Source: Candidatus Oleincola secundus
GTDB taxonomy: Bacteria > Atribacterota > Phoenicimicrobiia > Phoenicimicrobiales > Stramentimicrobiaceae
Direction of reading: 5' to 3'
Length of the DNA stretch: 13,613 bases
Assembly (NCBI GenBank): GCA_018400815.1
Contig: JAGYLS010000045.1
Coordinates: forward strand, 1-13,613
Under the pieces are notes generated by a model. It made no database searches and was not told where the DNA came from. It saw only the letters and a program-made list of their open reading frames with translations. The first letter of the stretch is position 1. The number at the start of each line of letters is the position of its first letter. The translations under genes and the position numbers were made by a program. Below are positions 7,832 to 13,613 of this stretch, in pieces.

Positions 7832-7900
7832 AAAATCATACTAACTTATGAATATATGCTCATATATTCATAAGTTAGTATGATTTTTATCCTTTGTCAA
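7832..7900 (-). promoter_or_regulatory. czcD promoter with ArsR/SmtB (CzrA-type) operator inside a 27-2-27 palindrome
   Basis: Minus-strand TTGACA (7900-7895), 17 nt, TAACTT (7877-7872). The palindrome at 7832-7887 contains TATGAATATATGCTCATATAT, which resembles CzrA boxes. Confidence 0.7.
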
Positions 7901-8045
7901 TATAGAAATGCTTTGTATTTTGTATATTAAATAAAAACCCTACTTTGCTTTGGACAGTAGTGGGATTTTTGCATATGATAAACCACACTTCACTTGCTAA
8001 ATATTAACTATATTATAATTAACAAGTGATAATTTCTTTTTAGAG

Positions 8046-8087
8046 AAAATAATGTATTCACGCCTTTAGGCGTGAATACATTATTTT
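8046..8087 (-). terminator. Intrinsic terminator of the par-like gene
   Basis: Perfect 20-bp inverted repeat AAAATAATGTATTCACGCCT-tt-AGGCGTGAATACATTATTTT overlapping the stop codon. Confidence 0.85.
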
Positions 8088-8569
8088 TTTTTGAATAGTT
8101 TAGAAAAGATAGATTGTTTTTGTTCATTTTTTTTTGATGCTTTTGGAGTAATGATATCTTCTTTTGAATCTATATTATCAGTTTCTATTTTTTTGGTATT
8201 ACTTAATATATTTTGGCTATTTAAATTCAAAGATTGTTCTTGTTTTAATGCAATTGTTAAATCGTCAATTTGTCGATTCTTTTGTCGAATTTCTGATTCT
8301 AAATGCTCTATGTATTTATCGATATAACTGCTATATTGGTTATTTAATGATTCTGTTTTGTTTGTCGATTTTTCATCAAATTTTGTCGATTCTTTTGTCG
8401 TTTTTTTATTTAAAATTGTTTTTAGATAATCTATTGTATTATCATCTATTAATGATTTGTTACCTACTTTGTTTACCTTCAAATTTGAAGGTAAACTTTT
8501 TAAATGATAATGAATTGTTTGTTTAGAGACATCTAAAAGTTCAGAAACTTCCTTTACAGTTTTCATCAA
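8081..8569 (-). CDS. Plasmid replication-associated HTH / coiled-coil protein (pSK1 Par-like)
   Basis: N-terminal HTH MKTVKEVSELLDVSKQTIHYHLK, coiled coil IEHLESEIRQKNRQIDDLTIALKQEQSL and C-terminal SIFSKLF. RBS AAGGAGA at 8579-8585. Lies directly downstream of a rep gene end. Confidence 0.75.
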   Translation of the reverse strand: MMKTVKEVSELLDVSKQTIHYHLKSLPSNLKVNKVGNKSLIDDNTIDYLKTILNKKTTKESTKFDEKSTNKTESLNNQYSSYIDKYIEHLESEIRQKNRQIDDLTIALKQEQSLNLNSQNILSNTKKIETDNIDSKEDIITPKASKKNEQKQSIFSKLFKKK

Positions 8570-8584
8570 ATAACTGGGTCTCCT

Positions 8585-8852
8585 TTACTTTTTCATTTTT
8601 TGTAAAAACGCTTGACGTTCTTCTTCTGTATACGCAGATGTCTTAGATGTGGTTGGTTCATAAGTGTTATTTTTTAACCATTGTGGCGTCATTTCACGGC
8701 TTATATATTGTTTTGGTTTGCCTGTACTTATCATATTAGATTGTCGTTTCGAATGAATACGTTTCTCAGGTTCAAAAGAAAATTCTAACCATTCAATCTT
8801 TCGTCCTTTTTTAGCTTTAATTTTATTAATATTGAGATTTTTAAATAAAAAG
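8585..8852 (-). pseudogene. rep: 3' remnant of a Rep_3-type plasmid replication initiator, truncated by IS257
   Basis: FKNLNINKIKAKKGRKIEWLEFSF and REMTPQWL resemble staphylococcal Rep_3 C-termini. The first 12 residues of the track ORF come from the IS end. Confidence 0.75.
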
Positions 8853-9641
8853 GGTTCTGTTGCAAAGTAAAAAATATAGCTAATCACTAATATATCATGT
8901 CAGTGTTCGTTTAACTTGCTAGCATGATGCTAATTTCGTGGCATGGGGAAAATCCGTAGATCTGAAGAGACCTACGGTTCTTTTTATATAGAGCGTAAAT
9001 ACATTCAATACCTTTTAAAGTATTCTTTGCCGTATTGATACTTTGATATCTTGTCTTTCTTACTTTAATATGACGGTGATCTTGCTCAATGAGGTTATTC
9101 AGATATTTCGATGTACAATGACAGTCAGGTTTAAGTTTAAAAGCTTTAATTATTTTAGCCATTGCTGCCTTCGTTGAAGGTGCCTGATCTGTAACTACCT
9201 TTTGAGGCTTACCAAATTGTTTAATGAGACGTTTGATAAACGCATATGCTGAATGATTATCTCGTTGCTTACGCAACCAAATATCTAATGTATGTCCCTC
9301 TGCATCAATGGCACGATATAAATAGCTCCATTTTCCTTTTATTTTGATGTACGTCTCATCAATACGCCATTTGTAATAAGCTTTTTTATGCTTTTTCTTC
9401 CAAATTTGATATAAAATTGGGGCATATTCTTGAACCCAACGGTAGATCGTTGAATGATGAACGTTTACACCACGTTCTCTTAATATTTCAGATATATCAC
9501 GATAGCTCAATGCATATCTTAGATAGTAGCCAACGGCTACAGTGATAACATCCTTGTTAAATTGTTTATATCTGAAATAGTTCATACAGAAGACTCCTTT
9601 TTGTTAAAATTATATTATAAATTCAACTTTGCAACAGAACC
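8853..9641 (-). mobile_element. IS257/IS431 (IS6 family), 789 bp
   Basis: Terminal inverted repeats GGTTCTGTTGCAAAGT (8853-8868) and ACTTTGCAACAGAACC (9626-9641). The flanks ATAAAAAG and ATTTAGAA are not a target duplication. Confidence 0.96.
8911..9585 (-). CDS. tnp: IS257/IS431 DDE transposase (224 aa)
   Basis: MNYFRYKQFNKDVITVAVGYYLRY, WRIDETYIKIKG, NNLIEQDHRHIK. Full length and in frame. Confidence 0.97.
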   Translation of the reverse strand: MNYFRYKQFNKDVITVAVGYYLRYALSYRDISEILRERGVNVHHSTIYRWVQEYAPILYQIWKKKHKKAYYKWRIDETYIKIKGKWSYLYRAIDAEGHTLDIWLRKQRDNHSAYAFIKRLIKQFGKPQKVVTDQAPSTKAAMAKIIKAFKLKPDCHCTSKYLNNLIEQDHRHIKVRKTRYQSINTAKNTLKGIECIYALYKKNRRSLQIYGFSPCHEISIMLAS

Positions 9642-9651
9642 ATTTAGAATA

Positions 9652-10572
<921 letters not shown>

Positions 10573-10603
10573 TTATTATAAATAATTGAAAGAAGGTGTC
10601 AAA

Positions 10604-12361
10604 ATGGCTAAATTACTAATAATGAGCGTAGTAAGCTTTTGTTTTATATTTCTATTGTTAGTATTTTTTAGGTATATATTAAAACGCTATTTTAATTATA
10701 GTTTAAATTATAAAGTTTGGTATCTAACTGTGCTTGCTGGATTAATTCCTTTTATCCCAATTAAATTCTCTTTTATAAAATTTAATAATGTGAATAATCA
10801 ATCGCCCACAGTTGAAAGTAGGTCACACGACTTGAACCATAACATAAATACCACCAAACCTGTTCAAGAGTTCACAACAGATATCCATAAGTTTAATTGG
10901 GATTCAATTGATAATATCTGCACAGTTATTTGGATAGTTTTGGTTATTATTTTAAGTTTTAAATTTTTGAAATCCTTATTATATCTTAAATATTTAAAGA
11001 GACAGTCACTTTATCTAAACGAAAATGAAAAAAATAAAATAGATACGATACTTTTCAACCATCAATATAAAAAAAATATTGTGATTCGAAAAGCAGAGAC
11101 TATTCAATCTCCAATAACTTTTTGGTATGGGAAATATATTATTTTGATTCCTAGTTCATATTTTAAAAGTGTAATTGACAAAAGACTAAAATATATAATA
11201 TTGCATGAATATGCTCATGCTAAAAATAGAGATACTTTACATTTAATTATCTTTAATATCTTCTCTATTGTTATGAGTTACAATCCATTAATACATATTG
11301 TAAAAAGAAAGATAATTCATGACAATGAAGTAGAAGCCGATAGATTTGTTCTTAATAATATTAACAAAAATGAATTTAAAACTTATGCGGAATCTATTAT
11401 GGACTCCGTATTAAATATTCCATTTTTTAATAAAAATATATTAAGCCATTCATTTAATGGTAAAAAGTCATTACTCAAAAGAAGATTAATTAATATAAAA
11501 GAAGCCAATTTGAAAAAACAGTCCAAATTAATTCCAATTTTTATTTGTATTTTTACTTTTTTGCTCATGGTAATTCAAAGCCAGTTTTTGATGGGGCAAT
11601 CCATAACTGATTATAATTATAAAAAGCCCTTACAGAACGATCACCAAATTTTAGATGAAAGTAAAAATTTTGGTTCAAATAGTGGATCTTTCGTCATGTA
11701 CAGCATGAAGAAAGACAAATACTATATTTATAATGAAAAAGAAAGTAGAAAGAGATATTCTCCTGATTCAACTTATAAAATTTATTTAGCGATGTTTGGA
11801 CTTGACCATCATATCATAAGTGATAAAAATTCACGTATGTCATGGAATCATAAACATTATCCTTTCGAGTCTTGGAATAAGGAACAAGATTTAAATACAG
11901 CAATGCAAAATTCAGTTAATTGGTACTTCGAACGTATTAGTAATCAAATACCAAAGAACTATACTGCGGCTCAACTCAAGCAATTAAATTATGGTAATGA
12001 AAACTTGGGAAGTTATAAAAGCTATTGGATGGAAGATAGTTTGAAAATATCTAATCTTGAACAAGTAATAGTTTTTAAAAATATGATGGAACAAAATAAC
12101 CATTTTAGTAAAAAAGCAAAGAATCAATTATCTTCTTCATTATTGATTAAGAAAAATGAAAAGTATGAACTGTATGGGAAAACAGGTACAGGTATAGTAA
12201 ACGGGAAGTATAATAATGGGTGGTTTGTAGGTTACGTAATTACAAATCATGATAAGTATTATTTTGCTACACATTTATCAGATGGAAAGCCGTCTGGGAA
12301 AAATGCTGAATTAATCAGTGAAAAAATATTAAAAGAAATGGGTGTTTTAAATGGCCAATAA
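10604..12361 (+). CDS. blaR1: Beta-lactam sensor/signal transducer BlaR1 (585 aa)
   Basis: M56 metalloprotease motif HEYAH, LKRRL cleavage region, sensor domain STYK/SVN/KTG. ATG 10604 follows GAAGGTG. Confidence 0.96.
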   Translation: MAKLLIMSVVSFCFIFLLLVFFRYILKRYFNYSLNYKVWYLTVLAGLIPFIPIKFSFIKFNNVNNQSPTVESRSHDLNHNINTTKPVQEFTTDIHKFNWDSIDNICTVIWIVLVIILSFKFLKSLLYLKYLKRQSLYLNENEKNKIDTILFNHQYKKNIVIRKAETIQSPITFWYGKYIILIPSSYFKSVIDKRLKYIILHEYAHAKNRDTLHLIIFNIFSIVMSYNPLIHIVKRKIIHDNEVEADRFVLNNINKNEFKTYAESIMDSVLNIPFFNKNILSHSFNGKKSLLKRRLINIKEANLKKQSKLIPIFICIFTFLLMVIQSQFLMGQSITDYNYKKPLQNDHQILDESKNFGSNSGSFVMYSMKKDKYYIYNEKESRKRYSPDSTYKIYLAMFGLDHHIISDKNSRMSWNHKHYPFESWNKEQDLNTAMQNSVNWYFERISNQIPKNYTAAQLKQLNYGNENLGSYKSYWMEDSLKISNLEQVIVFKNMMEQNNHFSKKAKNQLSSSLLIKKNEKYELYGKTGTGIVNGKYNNGWFVGYVITNHDKYYFATHLSDGKPSGKNAELISEKILKEMGVLNGQ

Positions 12362-12731
12362 GCAAGTTGAAATATCTATGGCTGAATGGGATGTTATGAA
12401 TATAATATGGGATAAAAAATCAGTATCAGCTAATGAAATTGTAGTTGAAATTCAAAAATATAAAGAAGTTAGCGATAAAACGATTAGAACATTAATCACA
12501 AGACTATATAAAAAAGAGATTATAAAACGATACAAATCAGAGAATATTTATTTTTACTCATCAAATATTAAAGAAGACGATATTAAAATGAAAACTGCTA
12601 AAACCTTTCTTAATAAACTGTATGGAGGGGACATGAAAAGTTTAGTGCTGAATTTTGCGAAAAATGAAGAATTAAATAACAAAGAAATTGAAGAATTGCG
12701 AGACATTTTAAATGATATTAGTAAAAAGTAA
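12351..12731 (+). CDS. blaI: Penicillinase repressor BlaI
   Basis: [30 protein letters not shown] and SLVLNF motifs, 126 aa. Overlaps the blaR1 stop. Confidence 0.97.
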   Translation: MANKQVEISMAEWDVMNIIWDKKSVSANEIVVEIQKYKEVSDKTIRTLITRLYKKEIIKRYKSENIYFYSSNIKEDDIKMKTAKTFLNKLYGGDMKSLVLNFAKNEELNNKEIEELRDILNDISKK

Positions 12732-12779
12732 TTAGAGATATGTTTCAAACATAATACATATGTAAACTATGCTTGACTC

Positions 12780-12970
12780 TTATTAAATTAGTTTTGTTAA
12801 TAACATTTAAAATATTTTATTAAATATGAGAGTGTCCAGAAAATAACCATTTTCTGTACACTCTCTTTTTATATCTAGATATATAGCTAGTATACATATT
12901 TTAGTGTTCAATAACCCAACAGAAAATCTATGTTCATAAATATGGTTAGAATTAAGTTATGGTACAATGA
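12780..12970. other. Resolution (res) site region of the Tn552-family bin gene (boundaries approximate)
   Basis: Lies between blaI and bin. Contains the 17-bp dyad GAGAGTGTcCAGAAAAT-aacc-ATTTTCTGtACACTCTC (12828-12865) and further TGTTCA-type half sites. Confidence 0.65.
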
Positions 12971-12994
12971 AAATCTACATAGGAGGTTTGTATT

Positions 12995-13573
12995 TTGAAA
13001 ATAGGTTATGCAAGAGTCTCAACTGGTTTGCAAAATTTGAATTTGCAGGAAGATCGATTAAATCAATATGGTTGTGAAAAAATATTTAGCGATCACATAA
13101 GTGGATCAAAAAGTAAACGTCCTGGTTTAGATAAAGCCATTGAATTTGCGAGGTCAGGAGATACGATTGTTGTTTGGAGACTAGATAGATTAGGACGTAA
13201 CATGGAAGATTTAATCACATTAGTTAATGAACTTAATAATCGAGGCGTGAGTTTTCATAGTTTAGAAGAAAATATAACAATGGATAAATCAAGTTCTACA
13301 GGACAATTGTTATTTCATTTATTCGCAGCATTTGCAGAATTTGAACGTAATTTAATTTTAGAACGTTCTTCAGCGGGGCGAATTGCAGCTCGTGCTAGAG
13401 GACGTTATGGAGGTCGACCCGAAAAATTAAATAAACAAGATTTGACTTTACTCAAAACACTTTATGATAATGGAACCCCGATTAAAACTATTGCAGAGCA
13501 ATGGAAAGTTTCACGTACAACAATCTATCGTTATCTCAATAAGTTAAATAACCAAGAAAATAAAGATAAATAA
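12995..13573 (+). CDS. bin: Serine resolvase/invertase Bin (192 aa)
   Basis: GYARVST catalytic Ser, VWRLDRLGR, FAEFERNLI, GGRP and C-terminal HTH. RBS AGGAGG. Located downstream of blaI as in Tn552-like elements. Confidence 0.93.
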   Translation: MKIGYARVSTGLQNLNLQEDRLNQYGCEKIFSDHISGSKSKRPGLDKAIEFARSGDTIVVWRLDRLGRNMEDLITLVNELNNRGVSFHSLEENITMDKSSSTGQLLFHLFAAFAEFERNLILERSSAGRIAARARGRYGGRPEKLNKQDLTLLKTLYDNGTPIKTIAEQWKVSRTTIYRYLNKLNNQENKDK

Positions 13574-13613
13574 AAAATATTACTGAGTTTTAAGAAAGAT
13601 AAAAGTTAGACAG

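Noticed and set aside
8836..8865. Hybrid IS257 promoter reading toward the rep remnant and par-like gene
   Set aside because: At 16-18 nt from TTGCAA the candidate hexamers (TAAAAA, AAAAAT, AAAATC) are poor -10 matches.
8853..8887. Start of a 100-aa ORF (MISYIFYFATEP)
   Set aside because: Derived from the IS257 terminal repeat and fused by chance to the rep remnant. No RBS.

Overview
AT-rich staphylococcal-type accessory region, most likely from a multiresistance plasmid. From left to right: a 5'-truncated membrane protein gene; a complete type III toxin-antitoxin / abortive-infection locus (sigma-A promoter, about 2.9 x 35-nt RNA antitoxin repeats, terminator, ToxN/AbiQ-family RNase); a GNAT acetyltransferase; a copper operon (csoR-copA-copZ plus a His-rich hypothetical gene) with two CsoR operators; a divergent glutaredoxin-like gene; a CzcD-type CDF exporter behind a long palindrome; a pSK1-Par-like HTH gene and a Rep_3 remnant cut by IS257/IS431; and a Tn552-derived blaZ-blaR1-blaI-res-bin module. 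The most notable signal is the antitoxin array. It has an A-B-A layout, and 8 of the 9 differences between the A and B units are compensatory changes that preserve an H-type pseudoknot.
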